From contig JAYWIR010000028.1 in assembly GCA_036172245.1 (NCBI GenBank), forward strand, positions 1,116,001-1,180,000: 64,000 bases of DNA. The letters are read 5' to 3'. Under the pieces are notes generated by a model. The model was given only the letters and a program-made list of their open reading frames with translations, did no database searches and was not told where the DNA came from. Within the stretch, counting starts at the first letter, position 1, and each line of letters begins with the position of its first letter. The translations under genes and the position numbers were made by a program. Origin of the DNA: Raillietiella orientalis. Its lineage: Eukaryota. Positions 39,401 through 53,100 of the stretch are shown here, one piece after another.

Positions 39401-39954
39401 GCACACTCACAACTCTGTTTGCGAATATCAGTTTATAAACTGAGGGAAACTCAAAGATACTTGACAAAAGTGAGAAAAAAGTCAGAAACACTCGATTTTC
39501 TGAAGATCTATTTTAGTGAAAAGCATTGTGAAGGTTCGTACGAAAAACGAATAAATGCATGCACAAATACATTAAGAAGCTCACACTTAAGCTTTAAACT
39601 TGTGTTTTTAAGCTCGTTTGATAAAGGCAAATTTCGAGTGCATGCTATCAAAAATTATCCAATGCCTACAATACCGGGTATATGATAGTAATCACATAAA
39701 TTAGCAAGGATCACATCGGTATATCATTAGACCGTACAAGTTGGCAACAGATTTGAGGTCATGTAGTAAATAGAGATTAACATACTGATATTTATGTTTA
39801 CAATTCGTGGTTGTAGAGTTATTTTTATTTTATTTTATTGCCAAACATTGTAATATAAACAGGGATTTCACAAGTAGCTGGTTTCAGTGCTACATATATT
39901 CTCCAATATTTCGAAATCGCGTGGAAATCTTGTGGACCCTGTCGGTTCGGTAGT

Positions 39955-42900
39955 ATGGATGCTGTTCGGCTCTCCACTAGAGCGTATGCAAAGATATTGC
40001 TGCATGCTGCCAAGTATCCCCACTGTTGTGTTAACGGCTTGCTTTTAGCCGAAAATGAGAATAAATCTGGGGACAGTAATGTAGTTTTTGTTGATGCAAT
40101 TCCTCTGTTTCATATCAATGTAGGACTTTGTCCAATGACGGAAATAGCTCTATTGTTGGTACGTATTCATAATCTGAACTCTGCTTTGTCAACTTAAGTC
40201 ATTTTTTGAGTTGCCTTTGTGTGAAGCTTCGAACTTTGGGAGTGAGCGTGTGGCAATTTTCAAATCATTTTTAGGTCCTATGGCATTTTAATTCGTAACC
40301 GTTGAAAGTGACACTACATTGCGTGGAAGTTTTTTCTGTGCACCATGTCGATGTGCAGGGAGTATGGATAGCAAAAACTTTGTTTCTGGTTGATTTTATA
40401 TGTCTGCTATGTCAAAATCTTAAACATATTAATATGCGGTGGAGAAGCCACTTGAAAGTTCATTTATTTAATCGTTAGTACGTGTAATGATTTTATTCAG
40501 TGATTTTAATTACGTTAGTAATAATAGTAAAATACCATGTTGTATATTTCTATAATACTAATTAATAGTTATCAAAACTACATTTATTTTGAGTTAATTC
40601 TTGGCTGCTATGCCTAGGCATTTTTCAATATTAAGGGTATGTATCGAGAAGTTCGAACTGGTTGCGTAGTTTGAATTTTAAGAATTGTATTTAATTGAGA
40701 AGATCCAAGACTGAGCAATGCTGTGATCTGTATATCTGTGTAAATCAACGTATTCAATTATTTTGCTGAAAGGAATGAAAAATTTCATAGAATAGTAAGT
40801 TTGTTCAGAAGGATGCAAACTCTAACATTAAGAAGCAATTGTGTAATTTATTTATGTCTGTTTTGCCGTTTCTTTTCATTATTCAAACTGCCTCATAATT
40901 AGAAAAGCTGAGTTGATGTATTTTTCAAACCAGTACTTGCGAAAGTGTGGTTTTGTGGTTTCAATAGATAATTATGAATAAAAGGATAGAATCCATTTGT
41001 GAAATTAGTGCTATTTAATGAAAACAAGCATCAGAGATCCAAATTGTAAAAAGAAATTGGATAAGTGGCCCTGTGATAGTCTTTATGGAAATATAATTTG
41101 ATAAATTTGCAAAAGATTATGTGGCATATCGGAATATTTTAGCATATATCATTCAGTATGTGAAAGTAAAGCTTTGCAGTTTATTGCATACAATATTGTA
41201 ATTAAAAAGGTAGCAATAGCGCAGTTTTTGAAAAATTAACATTTTAAGATATTGCTTATTCATTCTTGCAAGAATTTTAATTAAAAGCAATTGTTTTTTT
41301 GAATAGTAAAGCTCAATATTTTTCAAAGCAAAGTATTCCAAACATAACCTAAGAGAATGTGGAAAGTTTGATTTCTAACAACATTGTTTAGTAAGCTTGG
41401 ACAAATAAACTCAAGTTCCTTTTTGTAAGTGATAATTTCAGAATTACGAATTGATCAATAAAACAATTTAGCATGCTCTTCAGTATTCAGTAAACAGTTT
41501 TAAGAATCGAAGATCTTGAAACTATCAGAACTCTTAAAGTCAGGATGAATTGATCATAGAATTTAGAATGTTAACACATGTTTCAGAAATATTTAGTAAA
41601 ACAGGAGCAAACATCAAGCCCAATTTGGGTTAAAAAGTTGCTGAAAACCAAACTAATAAGAATTATAAGGAAAGGTAGCCTCTCCAAGGAATGCCACTAA
41701 TAGTGCTTTGTTATTAACAGTATTTTGAATCACTGTTAAAACTATTTTTCATTTCAAAGTTCTTGATTTTGGACATATAGTAAATCTGAAGAAGAAAGGT
41801 AGAAAGAATCAAGGTAAGCTCTTCCAAAAGCTAGCCTTTCCTTTAAAAGATAAGGAAATCTGAGCCCAAAGTTTTAATAGTAAAACCTTTTTGAAAACAA
41901 CAAAACCAATCAGGAAGATTTTACAATATATGATGAAAATGGCAATCATGACCAAGGCATTTTAGCAGGAAAAGCAAACAAATTACCTCTATGAGATTTG
42001 GAAAATTAGTTTAGTACTGTTATCAGCAATAATTTCATGTTTAAAACATAATCCAAATGCTTTGAGTAGTATTTGTAGTTTGCTGCATTTTAAAATCAGT
42101 GCTTTTCAATTTTTCAAATGATGGGATATTGTTTTTTTAAGTCACTATATAGCATCATCCTGGGAAAATCATCAGTAAAAAAAAGCATAGAAACCTTTAG
42201 GTCTTTTTGAGCAATGAGTTTAATTCATTACATAAAGAAAGGTGCATGAACATTAAGTAAATAATGGTTTAGAGCCAATAACCACAAAAAAAACTATGTA
42301 CTTCTAATCCAGTGAACTTACAAGATTACTTATTTTTATTTTTCTTCAGAAAATCTTGAAAATTGAGCAAACACTGAAATGCTTTAAATGTGCACCTTTT
42401 TAAAGATTGACAAGTGAGGAATGGGAATACCAGAAATGTCGCATATTCTTTGTAGATGAACAAGCAAAATTTCTGATGAATATCAATGCAATGTATGAAG
42501 AATAGCTTTCGAGTTAGTTGATGTGATGTTGAAATTCCTTTAAAATTGCAATGTCTTGGTTTCTAGAGGATGAAGATTTTTAGAAAAACTTTTGAATATA
42601 TCTAACAAGCAAGGTCAATTTATAATGGGATTTTTGTTTTCTTTGGCCCAAAATATTCATTAATTCAAATGTGTTTTCAGAGTGGTCATTTTATATTAGC
42701 ATGCATTGATTGGTGTTGATTCCATTCGAAAATTTTCAAATTAGTTTCATAAGATCTCATCTAAGTACAGATATTGTATTTGTAAATGAGGGATTCATTA
42801 ATTTTATTAGTTGATTATTAGCAATAGTGAAGACACTAAATGTTTGTATCATTATTTGTGTTCATATTAATATGTTAGTTGCATAGAGTCCATGGGATTT

Positions 42901-43636
42901 GAAAATATGCCAAAAAAAAATTGTGTTCCCATATTTAAGAGTATTCCAGAAATGTTAAAGTATGTGCAGGCATTTATTTTCCCAGGATGCTATTGCCCAA
43001 TTCAGTGTTTCATGCAAACTTCTGAATGGTTACCATTGTATGCTTTTGTAGCATACATACTGTATTTTATGCATGCTTGCCTTTTCATGTTTGCAAAGCA
43101 TTGGAGCTCATGTAGTTGGCTTGTTTTATTTCTGCATAGCCTTATTCATAATTTAGGTTGATCAGTACTGCAGGCAACAAGGACTTATTATTCAGGGCCA
43201 CTATCAAGGAAATGAAAACACCGATAATAGCAGGTGAGGTGCATGTCAAATGATTTCTACAGTCAGAATCCTGTTTCTAGTCCAGACATATTTACTCAAA
43301 AAATCCATGAAAAAATAGGACAGCACTGTAGCTCCTGTTGGCTGTTTATGGTAAGTGAAGTTTGAACATATAGAAACTAATTTTGTGTTACAGGTGGAAA
43401 ACAGAAAGTTGAGCCTAGATCTGCAGGAACCAGCTTTAGTTGCCTTACAGAACTGTGAAGGAAAGTGGAAATCTACAAGCTTTGAATTTAGCGAAGTTGA
43501 CACTTTAGTAGCTACTTCTGCTCTACTTCAGAATAAAGCATATCGCCAGTTTGTGGATTTTGACAATCATTTTGATGATGTTTCTGCCGATTGGACAAAT
43601 AATTGGTTGGAAGATAGATTGAGACACATAGTGTGA
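39955..43636 (+). CDS. EMC8: ER membrane protein complex subunit 8/9 (UPF0172 / Neighbor of COX4 family)
   Basis: Exons 39955-40158, 43157-43233, 43281-43350 and 43394-43636 are GT-AG and in frame. Family motifs AYAKILLHAAKYPHCCVNGLLL, VDAIPLFH and VDFDNHFDD..DWTN. AATAAA at 43640. Confidence 0.95.
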
Positions 43637-44861
43637 TGAAATAAATATGCATTTTGATTTTTCAATCCAGTTTCATTCCGAATTTAATGAAAAGACCAGT
43701 AGGCATTAATATAGTTGATTGAAGCCATAATCTTTTTGGAAGATATTTATTTATATTTCAGTCCGTGCATTTAAGGTGATGGATGTATGAATTATATTAC
43801 AGGAATGTGTAAGCAGAAGTGTACAGAATACTGTGAGCAGACATTGGGCATGTCATTAGGGTTGATGGAGACTGGGGAATAGAAGGTTGCTCAGTAAATC
43901 TTTAGTTTTTAAGCATTGTTTGCATCTTTTCCTTTTCTCCTGCTACACATGAAAGGACAAGGACACTTTAGGATTAAGCAGTATGAAAATAAGAAGCAAA
44001 TAAATGAGTACAAGTGCAAAAAAACAAGGAGTATGGTTTCTCATATGTTCAATTTTCTGAAAGCACTTCATACTGGGCAGTGTTGTCTTATGTTAACAGT
44101 ATCAATCTACTATGTTTCAGCATCCCAGAGTGTGCTTTCACTTTCCAGCTAACGTAACAATTCTATCTAGTTAGTCATTGCATGATACATACATACAACT
44201 TCAGCTAAATATCAACATTAATAAAAATAACGTTGCACCACGAACTTCAGTCCCGTTTGGCGGAGCTTCTCAAAAGTTTTCAAAAATTACATATTAAACT
44301 GCTAAAAAAAAAAGTGCACTCTGAATTTATGATATAAAAATTTGGTAAAAAATGTACTATTGTTATCGGTAGTAGTGTTATATTGTATGTACTGTTAACT
44401 AAGCTAGAAATAGGCAACTACCTCAGAGTACTTTACCTCTCCATACTTCATATTAAAATAAAAAAAAATGATACAAAGAAATTCAAACATTCTGAGTTTT
44501 CCGGAATTTCAATTTTCTATTGCGATGTTTACGTAAATGTATTGCAACCAAAACGCTAATTATTGGGAGCTATCAATGGACTGCTTTCAATTCTCCTTTT
44601 GCAACACAGGTGATTTTGCATGATTACAATTCATTGAGCTCGAAAGGAGTGAGAAAGTAGGAATAATTTTGCGGTTCTGAATATCTGTGCATTCCAAATC
44701 ATTAATAGTCTAAAACAGGCACCACACGCGCTCAAACTGATCTAATGAATGGAGAAGCTTACTTATGCAACGGATCCAACCTTCTAGGCAACTCTGAAAG
44801 TTTGGAAAAACTATGCTTCACGGAAACATAAACAAACACTCTTTAATCAACGGAAATCGTG

Positions 44862-45072
44862 CCGTACAACTTAAACGGAGGAAGCGCTTGCGCCTGCGCA
44901 GCAAGCGAACGTAGACGCGGCTACGCACGTGCTCCGACCACGTGCCTGAGAGCAATAAGAAACAACCACCATGCTATAGTGATGGTTTGCAAGCTGGTTT
45001 CCGTTTCTACAGCTGCCATAGGGACGAAAACCAGCTTCCCCAGTTCGATCTGTGCGCTCTTCGGTCGAGCGC
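44862..45072 (+). other. Array of adjacent stem-loops (candidate structured RNA or element terminus)
   Basis: Stems: CCGT/ACGG, CGCTTGC/GCAAGCG, CGTAG/CTACG, GCACGTG/CACGTGC, AACCA/TGGTT, an 18-bp stem at 44991-45037 with two G-U pairs, and GCGCTC/GAGCGC. Confidence 0.5.
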
Positions 45073-45950
45073 CCAAGCTGGTGCGAGTGCGATGGCCGGC
45101 GGGGGACGAGTGGACGATGGCAGCAGCCTGGCTTCCTCGGAAAACCCTTCGAAACGGAATCGAGCCGCTGCACGCACCTTTCAAGAGATCCTGGAGGATC
45201 TCGGGAAAAGCGCGCAGTCAGGAAGAACTTCCCTCGCCGCAGCGCTGCCCACCCTCAGGGAACACCTGAACAGCAGCACCGCGGCGAAATGGGAAGTTAA
45301 GGTGAACATCTCCGGAAGGGAGAAAGGACTGGGCGAGTGGAAGACGGAACAGCTCATCGACGCTGCGATCACGAGTACACCACCCCACAGACTCTTGAGC
45401 TGGGGCGAGATACTCGATGTTCCGCTGGAACACCTGAAGTGGTCCCCGGTGCTCATGGACGCCCTCACCCTCCTTTGAAGTGGCAGGAGTTGGCCTTGAT
45501 GAGATGCTGCTGCAACTGGGGTTTCTCCCGCGCAACGCCCGCCGTCATCACTGGACGCGGGGGGATAGGGGTGGACCCCAACTGTGCGGGGAACGTGAAT
45601 CCCTCCCCCACCTGTTAGTGGACGACTATACTGTCCTCCGGCCCCTCTGGGAAACGCTTTGCTGCGGCCCTGGTAACTCCCAGGGCCGCAGCTGGTGGAC
45701 CGGGCGAGAATCGAAACGGAATCGACGACAGCGACCACCTCCTCCTGCGGACGCTTGAAACGGACGGAAGAAGAGGTGCGCTTGATTGCCACCCGGGTGC
45801 GCCGGGGCGTTTATTCAAAAAGAAACATAACGAGGATTGTGGCTGCACCAGTGGTCCAACCACGCACAATTTAATGGAGACTGGCCCGATCCACCGCGAC
45901 AGCAGCAGGGGGAGGACGAGCAAAAAGAAAAAAAAAATAAAAATAAATAC
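45035..45950 (+). mobile_element. 5'-truncated L1/Tx1-clade non-LTR retrotransposon fragment (ORF2 C-terminus, zf-RVT)
   Basis: GC-rich island. The frameshifted translation KWQELA...GFLPRNARRHHW...PNC.GERESLPHLLVD..VLRPLWE matches the zf-RVT (C-x2-C...E-x3-H...W) pattern. An A-rich tract lies at 45922-45947. Confidence 0.7.
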
Positions 45951-46410
45951 ACTTTGGGGGTGCGGGAAGGGATCATGTTCTGCTAGTGGCAGTCCTGTCC
46001 ATCCTCTGTAGGATGCCGGCAAGGTCTTGCTGGATAGTCCTGTCCAGGTGGGGCCATCGCGTTGCTATCCTGATGAAAAGGACGGCCAAGTGGATGGCAT
46101 CCCTATCGCTGGATCTCCTGTTCCTTTGCTCCATGCAGCGACGATCACGCGTAGGCAGCAGCACAGGGCTGCCAGGGAGATCGCTGGCCGAAGGGTGTCG
46201 CGAACGAAGAGGGCTTTCAAAGCGTCCCTGGATTTGGAGAGGATGCTGCATGGCTGAGCCTCAGACTGGGGGGCGGGGTTGGGGCCCTTCAGCTAAAACA
46301 GCTAAAATAAAGCGTCCCTGGAGTTGCCTCCGGGGATTCCTAGAACCGCAGCAACGGGTTCCCAGGTGGGTCGGAGGGAGGTGTGTGCTTGAGGGCGTAT
46401 GGCAAAGTCA
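45950..46410 (-). mobile_element. Second, related LINE 3' fragment in opposite orientation
   Basis: The reverse complement of 46325-46377 (LRPTWEPVAAVLGIP) aligns by eye with 45635-45685 of the first fragment (cctccg-ccc..ctgggaa..ttgctgcgg). GC-rich. Confidence 0.55.
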
Positions 46411-48116
46411 TATATTCATTGGATGTTGGAATAAATTTCCTGTATCGTATTAGGCCAAGCCACGAGTGTAATGCAGCTTGAGAAATTGATAGAAAAACAC
46501 AAAAATAACTGTAACGCTTGAGCTGCTTTGACGAATTCCGAAGGGCGCTTCCCCGAAGGGAACGAATTAGTGTGGTCCGGCCAAACCATCACCGAAAGTT
46601 CATTTTGTACTCTAGTCACTGCGCATGATATATCCAAAGCATTTATGTAAAAAGAAGAAAAGGGGTGAAGGTTTTGCGGACAGCTCCATTTTCCCGCTTC
46701 CCCAGGATGTACAGGGAAGTACGCTGTGACTGGAGTGCCGTCATTCAGGTGCAGCGAAAAAGTAGGAGTAGCGGACGGGAATGGCATCACTGTGATTCGC
46801 TTTGCTTTTTGAAAATGTTTTTTTTGTCGAAACATTTGTAAATGCCGAGACGTCATGCAAGTCCATGTAACAATATTTCATCGCGTTGTATTTGTTTGAT
46901 CCCCTCTTCAAAAGTTGAAAGTGGAGTAAAAATAGGGGAAACAATTTGTTTGTCTGTCGAGATGTATGCTAGCAAGGAGAAAATTCTAATGCTACAGAAA
47001 AGACGCGACTGATTCATTGGTGTGGCATAATGTGTCCAAATTCACGAATCCCTTTAAGCCATACACAGTAAGTTTATGAGCATCCTTGGATTACACAGGA
47101 CGTCCGAAGACAAGAAAGATAACCACTTGCCCATTTATGATTTACTTGATCTTCAAATTCAAGTCGAAACTTACAACTGCATATGATCATGACGTTAAGA
47201 TATGCCCACATTAGCAAACAAAAAGGAAAAAAAAAAGATCCGGAAATCACGCGAACATGGCCAAGCACATAACAGTCCAACAATTTTCCCACTCCATCCA
47301 TTGCATGGTCTTTGCACTTCTCACACTGAAGTGTCCTCTCCAGTTTTACACGAGCAACACCAATTCTGGACACCTACCGAACCGTTTCCTGGGAATGTGA
47401 ACCCGTGGGAATGTGACTTTACAGGTTCTGAGACAATCGCTGTGCGTGTACTTTGGGATTTTGGTTTGCTTTGAATGTTAAAAACGCTGTTCGCAGTTTG
47501 GCTTCATTGTTAACACGGACCCTCATGGAAATTACAAACATAAATCAGCATTTCGATAATTTGCAATTAATACCAATAGCATCATTCTTCAATATTACTA
47601 AGATGATACTGTATGTATACTTCACATATACTATTGTACTACTCTGTAAATCAGCACAATACGATTTGCAATTCTTTGTTGCGCAGAGAGGGCTTTCTTG
47701 AATTGAACCTTCCGTTGCAACCTTTGTCGTTATGAAAACGCATTACATGCTAAAATTACGGAATAATGAAGAAAACACTAAATCAAGAATGTTCATTTAT
47801 TCAAAACTTAATTTCCAAATTTTTGTCGGTTCAAAATGTTATTAAAAGGAATAAATCTATTAATATTTTCAGGCACAAATAAACAAAAACACTTTCACTA
47901 GGCAAACATAGGAAACCTTTCCTTATGAAAGCAAGTTTTAATCTTATGTGCTAAAAGGTAAAAATTACACTCTAGACTATCAATAATAATGTGAACCTAG
48001 TAGTTATGGAGTTAAGCTGTTGTATTTCACTTGATTGTGATTGTGAGGCTCTGTGTATCAAATTCAACCAATATATTCTCTGTCCTTTCACAGATAAAGT
48101 ATCACATATCTTAAAT

Positions 48117-50180
48117 CTAGGTGATCCAGATCCAATAAATAGATGTAACTATCAAAATCAACATGGTGCTCCAAGTCACAACTTTGTCAAAAGTCCAGCT
48201 TCCAAAAGTACTTGATCTGCAAATATTAATAGGCAAGTCTGCCATTTGATTTTGCACAGGAACAGGGAAAATTTCACTTTCTGCAATAATCTCTCCCATC
48301 ATATAATGTTTCGCTACACCTACAATTTGGACATAAACCATTTTGCCCAACAAACCTTCAACAGGTGGTAATAAAACCTATCATTGAAGTTGGAGGAAAT
48401 TCTCTGAATATTTATTTGCTTATTTTTACCTGTTCATAAGCTTTTGTGTGACCAACATAATGGATGTGATCCCTTGCTATTTCACTGACTAATACACGAT
48501 ATTGCTTTCCTTCTCGACCAAGATAAGGTCTTATAGAATCATTCAACTTGCTCAAAGTACGGCTACGATTTTTGACCTATGCAAAAAGTTTTCCAGCAAA
48601 ATCAAAAGCTAGTCTCACCACATAAGTTGGAAGGAGAGGAAGTCGTGCTGCAACCGTTCCTGGACGCGGATAGTATTGATTGATATAAAGAGTTGGGAAA
48701 GCAAACTGTTTGCATAATGACAGAGTTTCTGCAAAATCTTCTTCCATTTCTGTGGGAAAACCACAGATGATGTCAGTAGCTATATGCATATTTGGTATGC
48801 TAAAATAAAGGAATCTCTTGCATTTCTTATCTAAACTAACTTCATGCATAAAAAGTTCATCATCTTGATAAAGTCTTCTCTGCAGTACTCTCTATGCATA
48901 TCTGCCAACACTTTGTTGCTTCCAGACTGCACAGGTACATGAATGAAAGAATAGACTTTGGGATGACACAGAATTTTAACCATTTCCTATGGACATAACT
49001 AGCTTTGTCAAAAAACACAACCCAAACATACTGCCAGATGCTCCATAATGTAAGGAGGGTTTGTCATGCCTAACCTCAGCATACAGCCTTCAGGTATCAC
49101 TTCAATTACTTTCCATAATAGCTGTGGCAGATTGGTTTTTAAGTCCCTTCCATAGGCACCAGTATCTTCAGAAGTTAGCCAGACTTCACAAACACCCTCT
49201 TTCACAGCTTGTGCAACACGATCAACAATTTCCTCTGACACAAGAATTATTTTCTATAAATGAAAGAAGCTCACCTATAGGATAACTGCCTAATTCCCCT
49301 CTTGCATGTTTGGTTTTACAATATGTACAATGATTTAAACATCCTGTACTGATGGGAACAATTTCAATTAGGGGATTACGTCGTACTTTAGGTAAACCCA
49401 ATGAAGCACCTCCCAACTTCTTAGAATTCAATCGTTTTTGTCCTAGTAAAATAACTGTGTTTCCTAAAAGAAAACAGTATATGAAATGCTGACACATTTT
49501 CAACCTTTCAAAGTTTCTTCAATGACTTCTAGAATTCTATCCAACTGCTGGACACCAATAATGCTCAAACCCTGAATATATGATGATTTTGGTGCACTCT
49601 GGGAAACACATCCTGCAAGAACTACAGGTTTTCCAATAGCCTGAGCAGCCTTAATTTCATTTCTGTATGTAGATGAATGATTATATTTTACAAACAAATG
49701 TCTCACTGACTTAAAGTGTTCCTCTGATGGCCCTTTGACTGTACAGCTATTTAACAACCAGAGATCAGCATCTTCCTTGAACTCTAAAAATTTGTATCAT
49801 ATGAATAATCAAATCCATGGAATCTTTCCCTTTAAAACTTCCCTAATTACTGACAAACACATACTATCCATGGATGCAAAATACCCAACAGATCAAATGA
49901 AATAAGTTTAAAAACACTGACCTACCAATTGATAACCATATGAAACTAATTGTCCTGCCATATATTCTGAATCTGAAACATTATGAGTACAACCCCAGGT
50001 TTTAATGTAAATTTTCTGTGTGCCTGGCACAAAACTATTCAGAGTTGCATTTATATTGCAATTTCTATTTTGACCAGAACTCTTTCTATTTTTCAATTTT
50101 ACTGTAGAAATATTAAAATGATCAATCTTCAAACTTGTATCCCAATTCTCAGTACAAATATCTTCAATATCCACATCCAT
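48117..50180 (-). CDS. CDKAL1: Threonylcarbamoyladenosine tRNA methylthiotransferase (radical SAM)
   Basis: Exons 50180-49922, 49783-49711, 49662-49505, 49463-49275, 49234-49032, 48986-48841, 48799-48619, 48576-48430 and 48377-48117. Motifs [22 protein letters not shown], radical-[32 protein letters not shown] and YPRPGT, plus a TRAM domain and C-terminal hydrophobic anchor. Confidence 0.97.
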
Positions 50181-53100
50181 TAGTGATGAACAAGCTATCA
50201 AGTAAAATACAATTGAAAGATACATTGTTAAAATATGAACAATTTATATGTGCACTGGTCTTTCGGTTTACAAAATGCAGATTATGCTGTTGGTTCCGGT
50301 CTCCCATCGTGTTTATTAATAATAATTATGCGGAAATAACAGAAAAAGGAAGGCTCAAGAGAACATAAAACAATTTTTTTTGTGTGTGTGCTTTGATAAA
50401 TTGTATATTATTTTTTTTAAAGGTAAATCCAAAGAGATAGATTTTTAATTCTACATTATTAACAAAATTTGCAGTGTTTGACTGATAAGAAACATGAAAT
50501 ATCACACACCTGAATTATAAAATGTGTAGTGATATTTCCTGAAGGAACAAACAGCTTTATACCACACCGAGAAAAACTTGAATTGAAATCAAATCAAAGG
50601 ATGAATGAATATCGATGTACAGCCAAATTCCTTATTAATACGAAGCAAGCTTTATTGATCACAAATGGAATTCTTATTTTTGCCATTAGATGACAACAAA
50701 TGTTGTCCTAAATGCACCCAGATAAATATTCCAGCTTACATAACTACACACGAATGTGATAAAAAGTAACTTCACTATTATAAAATGTCCATTTCAGCAA
50801 TCTCTGGAAGAAAAAAAAATTGTTTATCCCAATCATTTGTTTTATGTACAAAAACCAAATTTTTTTCCATATTCCGAATATCACCATACTAAGTCCACTT
50901 TACAGTACCAAAGTTCGAGGTACATTGTAATCAAAACAAATTACGTATATTACTCGAAAATAGCGTCCAATGTTTAAGTATCGCCCTATAACGATTATAA
51001 TGGAAGGAGAGGCAATTAATCGAATTAAGGAAACGGCGGACACGATTGTTTTGGAAGGTTCGCGCTGGAACAAAAATCATCATTGAGATGCTTTGAGGCT
51101 CCACCGCACCTGCTAGTTGATGGACTTGCTCGGTGCGAAGCAGTGGTGCTAAGCTCGGACACATCAGTTGACTTGAGAAACATTCCTTTCTGCAGAACAG
51201 AAAATTCCCACTAGCTGGACGTCTACTCATAACAAATATCCTTATAGAAAAGGTTTGGAAGAGAAAGAAAAACCTGTTGTAAGTAAAGTGCTGAAAACGA
51301 AAAATTGTAAAACACACCAACTTGTGATATAACTTTTTCAAGTTCATGGTGGGAAAAGTAAATGTCTGCGATTGAATTTGGAAAAGAAAACTAAAAGGCA
51401 TAGGTAAAACTATTCTTGCAATTACAGTTTCATTTTTTTTAAAAAGGAAAATCAATCAATACAGTCTTCAGCAATTCATTTGATTGGGAGTCTGGTTAAT
51501 TTATTTCAAAGCAAAGCGGATCACATGCTGAATTTTTTCATTTTGAATTCCTTCCAAAAATTATTTTTAGAGAGATAAAAAAATGAACTATGGGTCTTTT
51601 GTAAAATTCAAAAAGTTTAGGAATTTTTTTTCACAGGAGTCCTTTGCCAAAGCGAGTAATGAGCTTACACAAATGAGCAGTCCGGACATTTTGAGGAGTA
51701 AACTTTATTAATGTTGAAAATCTAACAATATGTAATAATATTTCATGTTTTGATCACAGATACCTTTCGTAAAGGGTAATGTAGTACTTAATTTTAATTC
51801 TCATTGCACCAATTCATCATTTCTAAGACAATTTTGAAATAACAGACATATATTCTAAACAGTCGACGATTCCTGCATTTCCATTATCGATTTTAATGAG
51901 ACTCAAAATGTTTGAAACACAAACAGAAAAGTTTCTAGTATATCGTTCATCTTTCCCAATAAAGAAGCCATAATGTACCTATATTAACCCTTATCTTTAA
52001 GTTCATTTTCTTATTAAAGCATTTGTCTTATATAACGCAGCATTCTGGATTACTGAAAATTTGAAACGTACTTGGAATTCACACGAGAAAGGAGGGGGAA
52101 AAAAAATCCATAGTTTTCATTTTAACTAAAAATAACCTAAATTAAAATTAACCGGAATGCAAGTGAAACTGTATGCAAATTTCGTCATGTATGACTCTCA
52201 TTTTGTTACCATCAGTATCTGGAGTTTAGCATCCTGTATTTGCTCATTCATGTTCAACAGAAATCATCAGAGCTTTTAAAAAATTACTTAATTTGAATGT
52301 ACGCATAACACATGTTCATTAGGGGCAATTTCTGAAGCGTTCTTCTACAATTCAATTGACTCTCAAGTAGTTAGTTTAAAAGTTTCAAAATTATATTCAT
52401 TATCATGTGTGCTCCATGAACAAATAATCCTCCATTAATAAAGCGATTCATTCAGTGCTGTTAGAACTAGTTATTAATTAATTTATAAATAAAGGTGACC
52501 ATTTTTCAAATGAATGAAAAATGATTTTTTATATTCTCTCAAGGAACTCTTCTCACATGGATAATTGCAAATTTAATAATTTCTCCCAAAACTGGTATTT
52601 CGCACTGAAATAGTACTTTTCTGAGCACTTTGCACTCCATTTCTTGTTATAACTTTCGATTCGGAGAAAAGCCGTCAGTTTATGAATTCAAATATATTTT
52701 AAAATGGATGCATTTGCCTTCTATACTAAATAAGCACGACTTTGAAACAATCTCTGCACAGTTTTTAAAGGATTTCTGATTTACAATGACATGCCATAAA
52801 TTATTTCGTGTAAATAAGGCAGTTCCAAAGCATGCATATTTCCACACTATGCTAGGTTCAGTTAGAACTATTTAGTAATCGTTGTTTTTTTGGAAAACTA
52901 CTTACTTCATCATGATAACTATAAAATGAATTTTTCGTTATTATCTCCTGCAGATATCCTCAAGTTTATATAAATCATTCTGGAAAATTGAGTATATTCA
53001 TATTTTGATGTAAATGCTCTACAAAGCAAAGTTTGAACAGGTAAAAACGACGACCTACGCCTGGTCTATCACAGTAAATCCTCAAGACGAGCTATAGGCA

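Noticed and set aside
50931..51455. 174-aa minus-strand ORF
   Set aside because: F/L-rich translation typical of AT-rich non-coding DNA; no recognisable family.
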